From assembly GCA_965285935.1 (NCBI GenBank), contig OZ260663.1, positions 20,956,001-21,020,000 on the forward strand: 64,000 nt of DNA, written 5' to 3'. The translations under genes were made by a program, and so were the position numbers. Below, piece after piece: positions 40,901-56,241 of this stretch (its first letter is position 1; each line of letters opens with the position of its first letter). This DNA comes from Ophelia neglecta (lineage: Eukaryota). The notes below the pieces were generated by a model, which had not been told where the DNA came from, made no database searches, and was given only the letters and a program-made list of their open reading frames with translations.

Positions 40901-43900
40901 AAGTAGCAGTTTTCCATGATGAGGCTTGGAGTCACATAACTAGGTGATATGTAAGCTAAACTGCCGGTATACAAAGTATAGTCGTTGAACTAGGTGTCCT
41001 GAGAACCAACGTACAGGGCTTATCCCCGATAGTCCGTGGTTTCAGCTCCTCATTCATCTGCATTATCGAAGCGGAAAATATGTTTCAACGGATACTGCGG
41101 TGTTTGCGACATTCTAGGCGCATATTTCTGGAACTGTACCAATAAAATCTTTGCTTTCAGTTTATGGCTAGCTTGATAATGGTTGCAAAAAGCACGCAAC
41201 GGCCAAAGTAAGGAAACAAAGAGACATAAATTCTTCTATTTTCACTGGGGTAAAAGGCTGCCCCACAAATAAACCGGAATCACCGTTGCAGAGTTGTGCT
41301 TTTCGAGATTAAATCGCCTTAATAAGAAAGTTAATTTCTTATTAGGAGCAGGTAGAAATATATCCATTCAATATCATATACTTACTCACCGGCAGTGGTT
41401 TCTCTATCCTTTTGATTTGTCTCTAAACTTAAGCTTGCCTGCATTTGGATTTCGAGCTCGTTATCATCAATAACTTGCCGTGACTGGCAGTAGAAATAGG
41501 GCTCCCATTACAACCCCTGGTGTGGCCTTTGCTACTTAACAATAATAAGCGATAGACTTAATTCGTATTTGGAATGTGACAACACGATGGTGAGGGTAAA
41601 TCGGTCGAATTATATCCCAATATTACTGCAGCCATTCAGGTGATGTTTAAGTTTAGCCGAGTTTTTTCAAGTAAACACCTGGCAGTTAGCTGGTCTTTAA
41701 TATATACAAAATCTGGATATTGCATGCGCTCTTTGAAATACATGTTTGTTTTTGCTTTGCATGCTTTTGTATTGTTCATTTGTAATTATATGTCTTTTTA
41801 TCCATTAGATCTCATCTGTTGCTTTTCCATGGACTGAATTTTTGTTGTTTATCTACGACTGACAATTATAAATGAATATGCTGTAATCCTGCATGACTCC
41901 ATTTTATCCCACCTGTGTGTTCGATGTTGGGTTTCACAGACGCATGTAGAAAGGAATACATTTAGGTTGATTTTAGCTAGATTACATTGTTTGATTCTGA
42001 GCTCTGTCCTTATATAGGGGGTGGGGGTGTTGCCTGTTATATGAATTTCACATTAACAAACCTGGTCTATCGAACACTATGGAAGATTGACATCATTGGC
42101 CAGTAACGTAGAAGAGTCTGTTGCTTAGTGTTCTGTTCCTGGTTGAAGCTGTTTACTGTCTACACCATGGGTCACCTTCCTCTAGAATCAGGGCCCATCT
42201 AGTACTGTACGATCCCATCTTAATGTATCCTGTCATGCTTATAGCCGCCAGTCTCGAAGCCTTATCCATCACCCACACGTCTTACTTAGTCCAACCATGC
42301 TACTTGACAATGTCACGGAGTACAAATTGGACTTTGTTGACTTGCTTTTTGAGTACATTGATGCGAGATGTTTACTGCGTTGTGTTTTATATTTATGTAC
42401 TCTAGGTTAGGCAGGTTTGAATTGCACCTCCAAGTAAAATTCGATTTATGGCTGTCTGGGGAAGAAATTGGCCGTTTGTATTCTAAATTACCTGTTTCAT
42501 TACTCAGATCATTGTATACAGTACTATAAACACACGTTTTTGTCCTTTAGATCAATTTGTCTTTGAACACACGACATTAATCACAGGATTCCACTCTAGT
42601 GGTACCTTTTCCAATCTGGCTGATTTTATAGTCCCTATCCAACTGTTATGGTCCCTAAAGACGCACCCTGACTAACCCGTACTCAGTGGTAGAAAACAGT
42701 GGGTCCAACTTTATTATTCCTCACAGACAATTATTTTAATTAAGCAGTCCACTACCTTGCACAGTCAACTCTTTTTGGCATGTAGAAGAGAATCAACCCT
42801 CATATAACACCCTTATTTAGAACCTCTCCCTTGTGTACACCAAGGGTCGGTGAAATTAAAAAATGATAATGTTCTATTATACTTGTATAGAATAGAAATT
42901 AAAAGCATGATGCCTGTAATTTCTGCCCTACACAATTCGAAGTATTTCATCAAGCCAATACGACTTGTATGGACCCATTCGACAAAAAATATTTGTATAC
43001 TTGTGAATAAATATAGCTCATGCTCTTAAATATAAGCATGACCAATATGCTCATTTCTAGCTCTTGTTTCCATGTTCAACATGTGGCAACTTGGAAAACT
43101 GTTGCAACGTTGTTGGAAAGGTCTTACATGTACGTTATAATTGACAAAAACACACTTTTTCCTTGTATTAGAAAAAATACGTATCAGATTCTCACGGCAT
43201 ATATCATCCATAATAACAAACGCGATGATCATCTTAATTCTTACGCTTTCGTAAGGCATTATTTATTTCCAGAAAGTTCAGCCATTTAATTGAGACGTTT
43301 CAAAAAAGTAAATTGTTCGTTACCATGGCGTTACCATCCCGGAAAAAATGAAATAGCTTATGGATCCAAATTTTCTTAAGACATTTGTTCTATATATATG
43401 AGCTAAATTTCTTGCTTGTTTCACCATTTGCACGATTAACTGAATGCGCCATGCCGCTGAACTAATGGGGGCTTCCCATGGAATGTGCTGTGCTGCCTGG
43501 CCTGGGCGTTAGCTATGGATATGGATAAGTAAGTCTGCCCTCAAATAGCCAGCACGTCTATGGATAACTAAATCTGCCCTTCCGTAACCAGCACAGCACC
43601 TTCATGCCATGCATCACCAGCAGCGCGGCATGATAGATTTAGTGATCAATAACTTATATGTTTTTTTTTGCAGAAAGCCTTGCATACAGGTCCTGATGTG
43701 TTTGTTGAACGTTGAACATTTTAAGGTATTAACAAACTGGATTCTTTGTAGGTTTAGACAATACACACCTACACAAGATACCCGATGCTAGTTTGAAGAG
43801 CAGGACTTCTGGGATTAGACGAAGTACTAGATCCTACTGCAAACATAGATCATTCACAAGAATGTATCTGTTTGTGGGATTGAGTGTGGGGTGTTTGATG

Positions 43901-46900
43901 AATATGGGTGAGCAATACAGTCCATGGAAATAATGCATTAAGGCACGCCAGGTTGTGTATTATTCTCAGACAGTACCAATCGTAGGTTGCGATTAATAGT
44001 CGAATTGCTAGTTGGATGTCGCCAAAATATCGCGGCATCACTGTGTCCACTCTGCCGGTGTAATTTCACCAAATAACACCGAATGGTTAATATAAAAGCT
44101 ACTAGCTACTACAAGAGCAATGGATGACCAAGGCTGGCTTTCTTTACCGATCATCCTTGCAGACATACTATGTATAAATAACAATTTTGGACATGCTTAC
44201 CGGGGGGAGGGGGGGAGGGGGGAATGCCTGATAAAAAAATTTAACAAAGAAATATCTATATGTAATGCACAAATTCAATTTAAACGTGAAATTGGACATT
44301 TCAAACTAATATTGTTCAGTTATGTTCATCTGTTAAGTGCATGACTGTGTTGTCCTTATAGTGTGCCGAGTATGGGCCTTGGTCTTACGGCATAAATATC
44401 CATGATAGACTTGTGATTCAGTGATCAATAACTAATACGTTTTTTTCTAAGTGAGTTATGGTGCAATCAGGCTTGTGACTACAATCAAGAGAGTCGTTTA
44501 ATAAGTAGTTGATGCACATACCTTCCAGGGATGAAAACCAGGCGAGGCACCTTATTTCTATTGCCCCCAAGTTCTATGTTCTCTGGCGCCATAGCCACAT
44601 AATTGCCAATCTCGCAGGACCCTGTAGTCTCCAATGAGGGCTAAAGGTCCGCATTATGCCTTGGGGAAGAAATGAGATGGAGTTCAGTATCTGCTTGTAC
44701 GTTACGAATCACACATACCAAGTAAGTTAAGCGCGGCACTTTTTTGAAATACTTACTCTATCGGGGAAAGAAATGCCCATCAGCAATCTTGTTTTTCTTT
44801 TGAAATATTATCTTTTTAATCGTCTTATTTATGCCTATAACAATTTTCAAGATATTTCAATGTGTATGTTATATACAGTAGCAATTGATGTCTATACAAA
44901 ATTGTGCTGAAATATCTGCCAAGTCATGGTTTCCTTAAAGTGCGTTGTGCATGTACGTTGCATTGTATATTTATAGAAGGTATTTTGTAATACGCTCGAA
45001 CAATGGAGTATTATTTAATATTATTTATTCAAACATCTTGTTATGTGAAACATATTTCCATTCTTTTTAAACTCATCTCACCTTTACATCTCTAAGGGCA
45101 AATTCAAACTCAAACAAACGCATAAGATAATTCAACTTTTTTGTATTTACTGATAGTTACCTTCGCTATGAATATTAGTTTATAAGTGTACAAATATTTT
45201 TTCATTTGTTTTCATCTGCATAACATTATATCCAAACATGTTATCACTACTAGAAAGTGTCATTTCAAAATTATGTTATAACTACCATATTCTACTAGTT
45301 TCCATAACGAATGAACTTCAGGACATGCACTACAAATATACTAAAACATGAATAAAAGTGTCTCTGTTTCATCATAATAACAGCACTTTTCATAGTTTGT
45401 GTGCTTCATTTTCATGAGCAATAAATTACGAAGATATTTATTATGACCAAGTTTCCACTGAAGAGACGGTGTTTTAGCACCGTTTTCAAGGTATTGACCA
45501 AATTGTAGGCCAGTCAAAATCTTTACCAAGGATCCTAATCCAATAAAGTTCACATGATAATATCTCATTGATATCGATATGACAAAATCTTTACCTAAAA
45601 TCTTAATTTGTTTTTTGAGATATCACCTATCGGAGTATCATTAAACATCACTTGCATAGATACACCAGTCACGGGTTTGACAGTTATCGTGGACAAGGCA
45701 TTATATATCACATTGTCATCCAACAATAGATCACGGTTATTTGTAAAAATGCATTTAAATTTTCCAATATCAAATTAGTAAATATCAACTATCAAAAATA
45801 GGAATTGCCTCACTATCAGCTATTTGGTCAATCAGTGTAATACCTTTATCTGCCTATATTAAAAAATTTTTTTATTGTTCTTGAAAGTAATTGCTTCCTT
45901 TAGCCAAAATAATATCATTAATTTAACCCCTGTCCTGAGAAGTTTCCCACAACTCAGGACCTTACTAATGCTGTATAAAACACTGGAATTGTTCTATGTT
46001 TTATATGTTTACAGAAAACTTCAAAGTTACAATTCAAAGAAAACAATACCTGCTTTGGTACGACTTGCTCAAAATACGATTTAGCAATAGTTCTGATTAT
46101 CTTCAGAGAGTACAATCCTTTTCAGGTTCATAATTTAGGTTCATGATATCGAACAAGCCTGGCATTTTAAAACCTTTTTTCACAATGGCCTTTTATTAGG
46201 GTAATTTTTAACAAGCTAAACCTTTTTCCAACTAAATATGAAACGATTGCTATTTAATAATTGCTGCATGTGAGTCTTAAGCTTGTAATAGGTAAATCAG
46301 TTGGCATATTAAATGTGCTTTTACAATACAACTTTTTCCTATTATTGTCAGTTATCTGTCCTTAAAAGAATTAACATTTTTTTCATGTTTCCTACCCTTA
46401 GGGTTCAATTTTTCTTTATGTTTAATGCCTCAACACAAATATTGAACTATATACCAAGTAAATGTATTTTGATTTCCTTGATTGTGTAGATTTTCCAGGT
46501 TACATATTCAAGCTTTTCTATGCAAAATATCCATGCCCCGATCCAACTTATCTCACATTTATTTCAAATTAAAGTTTAAGCCCAGAGAGTTTTCCAAAAC
46601 TGGCTACCTCCTTCAAACATTCATGGAGGGACGGTTCTGATGAAAAAAAGGTAATGTCGTCGGCATATTGATTCATAAGTATTTTGTTAATGTAAGGTTT
46701 TTCTATTCCATAAATATATTTGGGTTTGCTTTTAATTTAAGCTTCATTAATTCAAAGGTTTACACAAAAAGTAGCATATTTAAACAAAAAGTAGGGTTGA
46801 GGGCATATAATATTTGCGAAATATATCAAGAACAGGTGTAAAGAAAAGCCATTTGGTAATGACAACACGTGCCGACAAGCAAGATAGAGCACGCTTCTCT

Positions 46901-49900
46901 ACCGTCGAGCACGTGATGTAAGAGGACATCCTACGAAAGTAGATAAACAGTGGCATTAGGTTTTACATAGTGTCACTTATAAGATAACAAACTGATAGGG
47001 CAGATGATGTTTAGTCGTGTAAAGAGAGGCTAACAAGCCCTGACCTGGTTTATCGCAACACTTTAAACGATTATATTTGAAATTATAATATCTCATTAAT
47101 AAACAACAATTTAACTTATTTTCGCTTATTTATTGCTAAATCACTCATGTTGTATGCTTGAATCTAGAAACATTATTTGTTGTTAAGACAGCTATGTAGG
47201 TAATGTTTATCTTGATTAGATGTCTATCTGTAAAAGGCACTACATGCTGCTCTCTGTCTCCAAAATTTATTTTGATTGTCATCCCTTCGTCAGTTCTCAA
47301 CGCTTGCTAAATGTATAGTGTGAAAATATGAAATCGATTTCTCATGGATGTGGTCATAACATACTCCAATATGGGACCGCAATTGTCGTGCAATAATATC
47401 ACCTATTAAAGAAATCGATATGATCATAGTAAAGATGCGATATTATACTTTCTACTCGGATTCAATATTTTTATTCAAATTATATTACTTTGCACATGGG
47501 AACAATACGGCAGAACTATAGTACATAACTATATAGTACATTTTTATTTGCATTATTCGTGCGTTCCAAAGTACTCCATTATCACACAAAACACCAAAGT
47601 GACATATTAGAAATAGCGTTAAGAAATCAAACACTCAATGCAATACAAAATAAGCAAAGCCAATTCTGCAAAATGAACAAGTAGAATTTTTCAGAAAATA
47701 ATAATTACCGATATCTTACATCAACGAACAAGTTTGATGCATTATTCCTTTTCAATGTTAAAGGACAAACTCAGCCGATGAAAGATTGATATATATATAT
47801 ATTCATTTAGGAAACACGAACTGAAAGGAAGCGGGGCTGGTGCCATTGAGGTCCATTATTCTACAAGAAATTATGCACACTGATTGTATCTGCCCATCAC
47901 AAATTTCTAGAGAGCTTGTCAATTATTGTCCTAAAAGCACCTGCTTGTCAGGCTGAAAACAAGCTGTACCTCATCAAACTTTAATAAGGTGGTCCGATAG
48001 ATTAACGAAATATCGGCAGTATTCTGTTCAGATAAGCTATTCAACCTCCCACACTAAACCACAAAGCAAACAATTCATTGCTTTTAATCAAAAAAACACA
48101 TGCGCCATTGGTTTTCATTTTGTGAAAATTAATCAAAGCATATATTAGAGCATCACAAAGGAATTCATTTGAACGTATTTAAGGTGATGTAATAAATCAT
48201 TTTTACAGGCACCAGCAACAATACAAGAACCAATGGTAAGGGTGATTTCTAACCTTGAGCTACAATCAGAGCGATAACAAACTATGCTCGCCCAGCTATA
48301 TGGTATTGAGCTGGTTTAATGGGTGAGCGAGAGTAAATTTCGTCTTTCCTATACAAAACCTACTGAGCCGCAGTCGGAGAGCTGTGGTTTATGTCAGCTC
48401 GTGCGGTAAATATATCAGGCTCAGGCAATAAAGGCCTGTAGGCCCTAACCGCAGGGCACCCATTTTATATGGTCCTGAATAGAAATAGACCATTTAGGTT
48501 CTGTGTTTCTTGCTCAATTATTTATTGAATTTCTTATTTTAGATGGCAAATTAATAGCTATGATTTTTTTATAGCAAAATCATTGCCATGAAAGCCACTG
48601 AAAGTCATTGTTATGTAAAACGACTCTGCCAAGAAGGCAAGGAAAAAAAACACAAATTGAATTCATCGTCCTTCCTCTGAAAATCAAATGATGTGCCCCG
48701 AACAATATATCAGGACTGCAATATAATAAACGTAAGTCTTGGTAGAGAGGCGGAATAAATGTGAATTTCCTCTGTTTGGCCTAGCTTATCCGCCTTTCAG
48801 CCAGCTGAGGAATACATTTATGCCTTCCCGACTAGTAACGGCTGACTTTAAACAACCAGCAGCTACCTGGAGAGCATTTCTTGTCGCCTTGTCCTAGGCC
48901 TGTCTCGTTCCATGTGTGAGATCTCGTGAAGCTATGTAGCCACGCGACTAGTTAGATACTAACATTCTCATACTAAACGGATATGTAAAAAAATCAACCT
49001 GTGTTCCAAGGAGGTATTGGAGACTGGATGGAGAGAAAGACGGTTTAGATACAACTTAGAGATCGAAAAAGTTGAACTTTCAGTTTAGCTGCGTCATTTT
49101 ATATCGATTCAAATTGACGTTCCTACATATGTTACTCTACTGACACATCGCGTTTAATAGACGGACCTAAATATGCTCTTAACAATGTAAGAATAGATAT
49201 ATCTGCAATTGTAGAATCTAGGGCATGGTCAATCGTCTGCTATGGATACATCCAAATAATAGATTGGTGGGGAACTGGTGGGGAATTTACAAAGACGTCT
49301 CACAGAAAGGTTCACATACCTATTAATTGCATGTTGTGAGGGGTGTGAGAGGATCTTCTTTTCGCGGTAGCCGGGGGTTATATTTTTACTGAGAGGGTGA
49401 CTTTCTTTGCGACCAAGCATTATCCAGCCCCTTTCCACCGCTTGAAAACTACTGCCTGTATAATACACTTACAGTACAAAGCCTGCTGCCGTTTAATATT
49501 CATTCTAAATATAGGCATTGTTATGATTGGATTATTTTAATTGACAAGCTTGTTACATTTAGCTGTTTGTCCTATATAAATATCTTGGATTCGGCAATTA
49601 CCATGATGATTTTTATGTGAATGTCTGGAACAGAAAATTCGGATGTCTTACGCTCATTGACAATTCGTGCAGAGGATCAACTTCTTAGTGGTCTGTTATT
49701 TGCACACATTTAGTACATTATGTAAATTTAATCAGTGCCTAGCCTCGTCATTTCGCGCCATTTATCGACCTTTCATTTTATTTATCACTGATAGCCAGAC
49801 CAAAGTCAATATAATCAAAGCCATGAAATGGATTTCCCGTAATTGTTTTTAACTCAATATAGCTTGAGGGAGTAGGTTTTACCGACATGCAGGAGACCGT

Positions 49901-50333
49901 GTTATAAAGATGTTGGTTTTAGTTACTAGTTCAATCAATCGATCTTATGCCAACATAATTGTTACTTAACTAAATACTTAAAAGATTCATTCGTTCTTTG
50001 CATCATGGAATGTCAAATTATGATATATTTAAGTTGATTTATAATTCTTTTCAATAGAAATAATTAGGAAATTATGTCCGTGTGATTAGTACAGGCGTAT
50101 GGTATGGCATATTAATACTATTCATTTGATTGCATTTTGAAGGCGACAACTGGTTGGCCTGAAAGGGACCCTTACTGCTGAAAAATGAACCGCAGTTTTG
50201 ACCAATGATGCTGTCTGCAGCATACCCATAATCATTTCGAATGGCCACTGCTCTTCGGCGTTACAACGCGTGTTTTCTATAACACTAGGTTTCTGGTCTA
50301 GTCTAGCTTTAGCCACCGTTTACAAATACATAA

Positions 50334-50830
50334 CATTCCATTCATTTATTCATTTTATTTGGCATAACACTATAACATATAACAGATGATTTAGTAAAAA
50401 GATTGCATTGCCAAGGACGCAAGAGGTAGCTGATGAAGCTGTTGTTTCTGGACGCCCTGAAGTGCATGTTACAAAATTATTGTGCAAGCAAGAAATATAA
50501 GAAAAAGCAAAACAAAAACAAAACAACAATAAACACACGAGTCACTGTGCACATAGACAAAAGAAAAATTACAATATTAAAAGTGATTAAGTATATGATA
50601 TGAAGTGTGGCAGATTTGTTGATTTGCTGGTAAAATGAGTACAATAGCCTAAACAGTTTTGGTGTTCTTTGAGATTTCAATAGTTCGAGAACAGGAATAG
50701 CAATTTTTAACATTGCAGCTAACATTACAGTATTCAATACAGAGCTTTTTGAGATTAGTTTTAAGGTTTGATTCTAAGCGTACATTAAATAGTTTGTAAT
50801 TCTAAAAGACAGATTCATTTGTATTGAATA
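50334..50830 (-). mobile_element. 3' end of an L2/CR1-group (Crack-like) LINE: decayed ORF2 C-terminus, 3' UTR and microsatellite tail
   Basis: The minus strand reads ...LKTNLKKLCIEYCNVSCNVKNCYSC, like the CxxxNCYxC end of such ORF2s. A UTR shared with 7894-8098 follows, then AATAAAATGAATAAATGAATG. Confidence 0.7.
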
Positions 50831-53800
50831 AGGATAATATTCCTTAGCTTGGTAATGTCCGTAAGCTAGATGAATGGGAAAACTATTATTCTAGGAATAT
50901 AATTCAGTTTTAACAGATACGCATGTTTTGTTGCTAGATTTGATCAACGCTTCTCCACAAAGTGACAACACCTTTTTTATGATGGTGACGTTACCTAGCT
51001 ACTGAGTCAGCAGGTTCTGTCGGTGCTATTAACAAGATTGAACAATAGTCATTTTGAAACATTATAATATATAATCTAGCTATATGGACATATTCGCACT
51101 GGTATTAAACATATAACAGGTTTTAGCCCAACATTGAAACTCATTTTCGGCTGCCGTAAATATCCTCATTGTCCGCTAATTGAAATAATTACCAGTATCA
51201 TCTTATTGGGAACAGCCTTCTCAACTTAAGCAAAATTCTATAGGACTATTTGCATGCGGAAAATACCACTCCTTCCACTTATTTTACTTGTTAACGCTGC
51301 CTTCAAGCGACTTAAATGGATCATCTCTTAAATAGATACGCATTTGCTCCACATAATAGTCTAGTCCCACGTCACTTTTTGTAAGGGTGATGTTTTATTG
51401 CCAATAATGAAGGCGTCTTAATATAAGTTGTCATGTGGGATTTTCTTGTAGGAAGATGGGCCAATTAACCGATATTCTAAATAAAGGATTTTGCTAGTAT
51501 TAATTTCGCAAGCAAGTTTCTATGCCACTGTAAATCATAAGCATTTAAAGAACAACAACCATAATAGAACAACCATATAGAGTTGCCAAAAGGCACCTGG
51601 CTCGGGAATGAAAACCTTTTTTTTTATGTGGAAAGGGAACAGATAGCACAAAAAACACAGTAGATCAAACCGTTTGAAAATAGTGTAAACATGTTAATAT
51701 CAAGCTTTCATTTTAGCTCACATGTCAATAACTGAAGTACGTGCAATTTGATTTAAGTCTTAAGCTGTTTCCGAAATGGAATATAAGCGAAACTTTGGTT
51801 GAACTAGAATGGGGTTTACTTAAAGTAGGGTACTATGATACGCAGATGCTTCATCTGTATGTTCTGAAGATTTTCTCTGGGGAGTGGAGGGGGTTAATAC
51901 CCTGGACATTGGTAGGTGTCATGAGGTTTGTTTTGTAAATATGTGTTACATTGTCACACTGATATTATTATATCATGCTAATCAGATTCAAGGAGCAGTT
52001 GAAAATTTTGCCTAAGGGCAATTCAGGGACAATATACATTCTTTCAGAAGCTCATTGTCTATATATGGTCTGGCCCGGTTCATTTAAAGATATCTAATGC
52101 TTTCATTAGAATGTAGACTTCCTCATCAGACACCTTCTAATTCTTCACTTTTTTGAATGATAATGGTTGATAGTTATAACAGTAAATAGTTATGAATCGA
52201 GCAACCGCTATAGCACGAAACAAACAAGCTTTTATACGGTAAGCCAGCTGGATGATTGTGGGTTTGATGCTAACGGTTTCTGATAAAATCGGACCGGTTT
52301 TGTCGATAATTCCTTTTAAATGAGTCTGCCATGTGTGCCTGGTATCAATCCCGGTTTAGAAGCTGTAAATGATCTAAATGTTGGTAGCATAAAGAAGAAA
52401 GATTATATTTAGCACACACTTACGACTGGTGTAGTTTAGTGTACTGCTAAGTTGTTTCCTTTTTGATTCCTCCATTTTTGGAAATCAATTAAAATGAGCT
52501 TGAAGCACAAGGACGATCACATCAGTAAATTCAAACCACCCTTGTTGGTTCTCCCATCAACGAAGGAATGAATTCTTTGATGTCCCGAATAAATTCTTCT
52601 AAAGGCGCCATATTTACTGATTTATTGGTCAATTTATGGGCCTACGGACTCAAAGCAACATCTTTATGACACGTTATGGGGTCGGCCTGCTAAGATCTTA
52701 AAGGGAATTGCCTCTTCGAGGATGAGCAACTCAAGTTGATGTCCTTGATATTATTAGATTTCCGAAGGATAGATAAAACAAATGGAGAATGCGGGTCTGG
52801 AAATCACTCAAACAACTAAGAAAACATCCAATAATTCACAGCATATCTTAAAATACCCAACTCAGGAAACTGGTCCTAGCCTTCCACTGCCGTTGGCACC
52901 GGGGTTTAAGCTTTAAATTGTTTAGTATTCAGTCTTGGCCTGGTGACCAGATTCCAAAGCAATTTAAAAAGATGATTCGTCGAAGAAATGTGTAAATAAA
53001 CTGTGATACAATGCATCATGCAGCAGATATATTGTACACTATATCATACTGTCGTGTACATCAGACGGCGCATGCTGTGTCCTTTGAGGCATCATTTAAC
53101 GGACGATAAAGCGAATGGAATGTGAATCTCGTGAATATTTCCGGATAGTCACCAATATATTTAATTCTAAGCTTAATTTCATCCAAGAAGATCATGTTTT
53201 TAAATCTCTAGGTTTCATTCTAACTCCTACACTTTAATTTTCTACTTATGGCTGATTGAAGACTGACATTGTTTCTTTCTACTTTGGTGATATATACCAA
53301 CCTTGTGCATCAACACTAAACCATGGAATTGAATAGTTGCCTAGGAAACCATTAAACTTATGTAAACTTCTTTATTTTCATCGACAATATTCATGTATTA
53401 TTTACTTACTCTACTCAATATTGGAAAACAATTTGCTCAACACTTATTACTACCATGATATGATATTAACATTGCTTCGCAAACGAGCTTTGATTGCATT
53501 TATGGTTGGATCGCCGCAAACTTCCAGTTTATACCTTTGGCCGTAAGCCAAGGTTTAACACATTATCAACATTGATTTCGCTTACAGACTATAAATTGTG
53601 TTTGTAAATTCGTTTTATGGCCCATGCTACATTGCAAGCCTGCTGCGCATAGTACATTGCAGAAATCTAACACTGACATAACTTTCCCTGGCAATATAAC
53701 TTAACAAATCATTAGCCGGGAATCAATTTAATCGTGTTACGCTTCCAATAGGAGTTCCACGTGGGCTAAGTGTTGGTTTCACCTAGTAGATTTCGATCGT

Positions 53801-54619
53801 ATACATTCGGATTAAAGCTTAGAAGCCCTAATGTGGGGCATGAAGCAGGGAGGTTCGGAGCGTTTCAATAATGTATTGGATTACTAACCGTTCTCAATAG
53901 GTGGCTTGTTATACATATGATTTAGCAGCGGTCCACCTTTTTCGAAAGTTTTAATGTGCTCTTTCTATTTATTTTCTATATATTTTAATTCTTTAGAAAT
54001 GTGGTCATGACACGACTGTAATCTGCTCCTCAACATGCCGGCTCGTAGTCCAAAGACTGATAGTGACATGGCTGAGATTGGCCTATACTGCTATCTCTTT
54101 TTATAAAAGGGCGCATTATAGTCGCAGAAGTGGGTGCACTCCTGATGACAGATATTTGATTCGTATACACTGGCACATATTGGTAACGAATAACAGATTA
54201 TAGTCATATGAAAAGCTCTAGAACATACTCGCATTCGCGTTTCTGAGCTGTGTTCCGGAGCTTACGACAGGAAACTACTGATTTTAAACCACTGCACATA
54301 ATATGTATAATATAAGTGTTGGACGTTTATGACCGATTATAAATAATGTTGGATGCATAGTAAATCTTTGGCTTATGAACGGAATGTCATTCGAGTCAGA
54401 GATAGAGTAGTAAAGGCTGAAGTAATCCTCATGTGCAGGCTTATCACTTATAGTGCTGATGTATGAATGTATAATATGAGTGTTGGACGTTTATGATCTG
54501 CATAAGACATGGTTACATAGACTCGATATGGTAATTGTAAGCTATGCATTATATAGCTGAATATTGAAAAAACCGCTTGGCATCAACGTTTCTGGGGAAA
54601 AAATGCAAAATTTCCTCCG

Positions 54620-54965
54620 CTTTACACGTTGTACCCCGTTGTCGACACGTGCTAGCCCCGCTGCCACGGTTTAACTGTAACACGTTTGACAGCTGACCAC
54701 AAAGTCTTAGATCGAAACACAACGTAGTACAATCATAACATTACGTAGCATATCGTAATTACTGATATCATAGAGCAGTAATACGTGGCACGTTGAAGTG
54801 GATGCAATGAGGCAACAACGTAGCATGGCGCAAAAGAATCTATCAAAAAAACATCACGGCCCGTTCTGTCAATTTTATTGCTACGTTGTTACCACGTTGT
54901 TATTTCGTCCTGCCGCGTTGTTATCATGTTTGTGCCACGTTGTACTACGTTGTACATCGTTGGGG
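54620..54965. repeat. Degenerate ACGTTGT/ACAACGT repeats in both orientations, probable DNA-transposon relic
   Basis: Many CACGTTGT/TACGTTGT motifs and inverted ACAACGTAG copies. Similar CpG-rich motif clusters occur at 8470-8650 and 9180-9320. Confidence 0.5.
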
Positions 54966-56177
54966 GGAAAATGACGTTTAAGTGGTTAAGTGGACAAACC
55001 TTTAGTGTGGCTGGGTGGTAGAACTTTCCGTGTGGGTGAATGGCCATTACCATAGAAGAACTTTCAGTGTGACTGTGTGAACTATGTATCTGTGGACCCG
55101 TCAGCGTAGGTGGCTTATGCCTAGGTACTTTGTCTGAGGGGAAAAGGCGTAAGTAAAACCTTCAACGTGACCGTACGGACAAGAACTCGTCAGAGCTTCA
55201 GTCGGAATGCGTTGATTAGGAATTCGTGTATCCTTCAGCATGAGTGTCCATTGCCTCGGTAGTGTAGCTGTGTGGAACGGACATAGGTAGCACCGTCAAC
55301 GTGGTTTGGTGGACCAGATATCGGCTAAACCCTAAGCCTGGCTTGGTGGATAAGACATTGGTAGAACCCTCAGCGTTGTTGGATAGACCATGCTGTAAGG
55401 GCCATAACCTTGTTCTATCCAAGGGGGGTGTCAACACCAAGTGTGGATGTCTACATTATTTAGTATGCAGCATCAAAGACACAGTTTGTCTAAATTAATT
55501 AGATTGATCTAGAGACGATATTCCTCCAGATGAAATTATACGGAAATGTGTCTTTCGCAGCGTTTGACATTACCATATTAAAGCATTATAATCAATTTAA
55601 ACATGTATCGCAAACAATTGAGTGGCATGTATGTTGCAGCAGCAGGAAAAGATGGCATTGCATTTGGTAATCAGCTGACAGGAATCGATGGATTTAAGAA
55701 AACTTTCGAAGATCTTATAGATATCCGTGAAGTGTGTGTCGGGTTTAACAACATGTCAATCCAACTGGATCCAATTTAAACCGACTCGTACGTAATTTTA
55801 TCGGAAACGTTTTGCAGAAGAAGATTTTTTTTTGTTCCCACCTCAGCTTTAACTACCAAGAACTGCTGGACCCATCGAGTTAGTAAATGTATGGAAGAGA
55901 TAAGGGCATCCAAGTAGCTTGGAAACACATATAGGAGTGTTTAAAATTTAAACAGTTTCATGTACTCTATACGGAATCACGCCGATTGACATATGAGTTT
56001 GGTGCAAGGTATGCATGTACACAGACTTAAGATAATATTATACTAATAACAATGAAAAGGAGAAAATAAACCATATTCAAGCCAGTCACGATTTCTTATT
56101 TGAGCATATATAATTATTAAAGCAGCGAAGATACACATATTATATTGCAATATAGCCTCTCTATATAGATGACAGTC

Positions 56178-56241
56178 AATGCAACTCTCGCTTACCTCCG
56201 GAAGACACTGCTGAAGCTCGGAGGTGAGCGAGGGCAGCATT
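56178..56241 (+). ncRNA. Pre-miRNA-sized hairpin, family unassigned
   Basis: AATGCAACTCTCGCTTACCTCCG pairs with CGGAGGTGAGCGAGGGCAGCATT: 23-position stem with 2 mismatches and 2 G-U pairs, 18-nt loop. Confidence 0.35.

Noticed and set aside
43939-43948. TAAGGCACGC (miR-124 start); also TGAGATTCAACTC near 20566 (miR-1175-like)
   Set aside because: No complementary arm; short matches are expected by chance when many families are considered.
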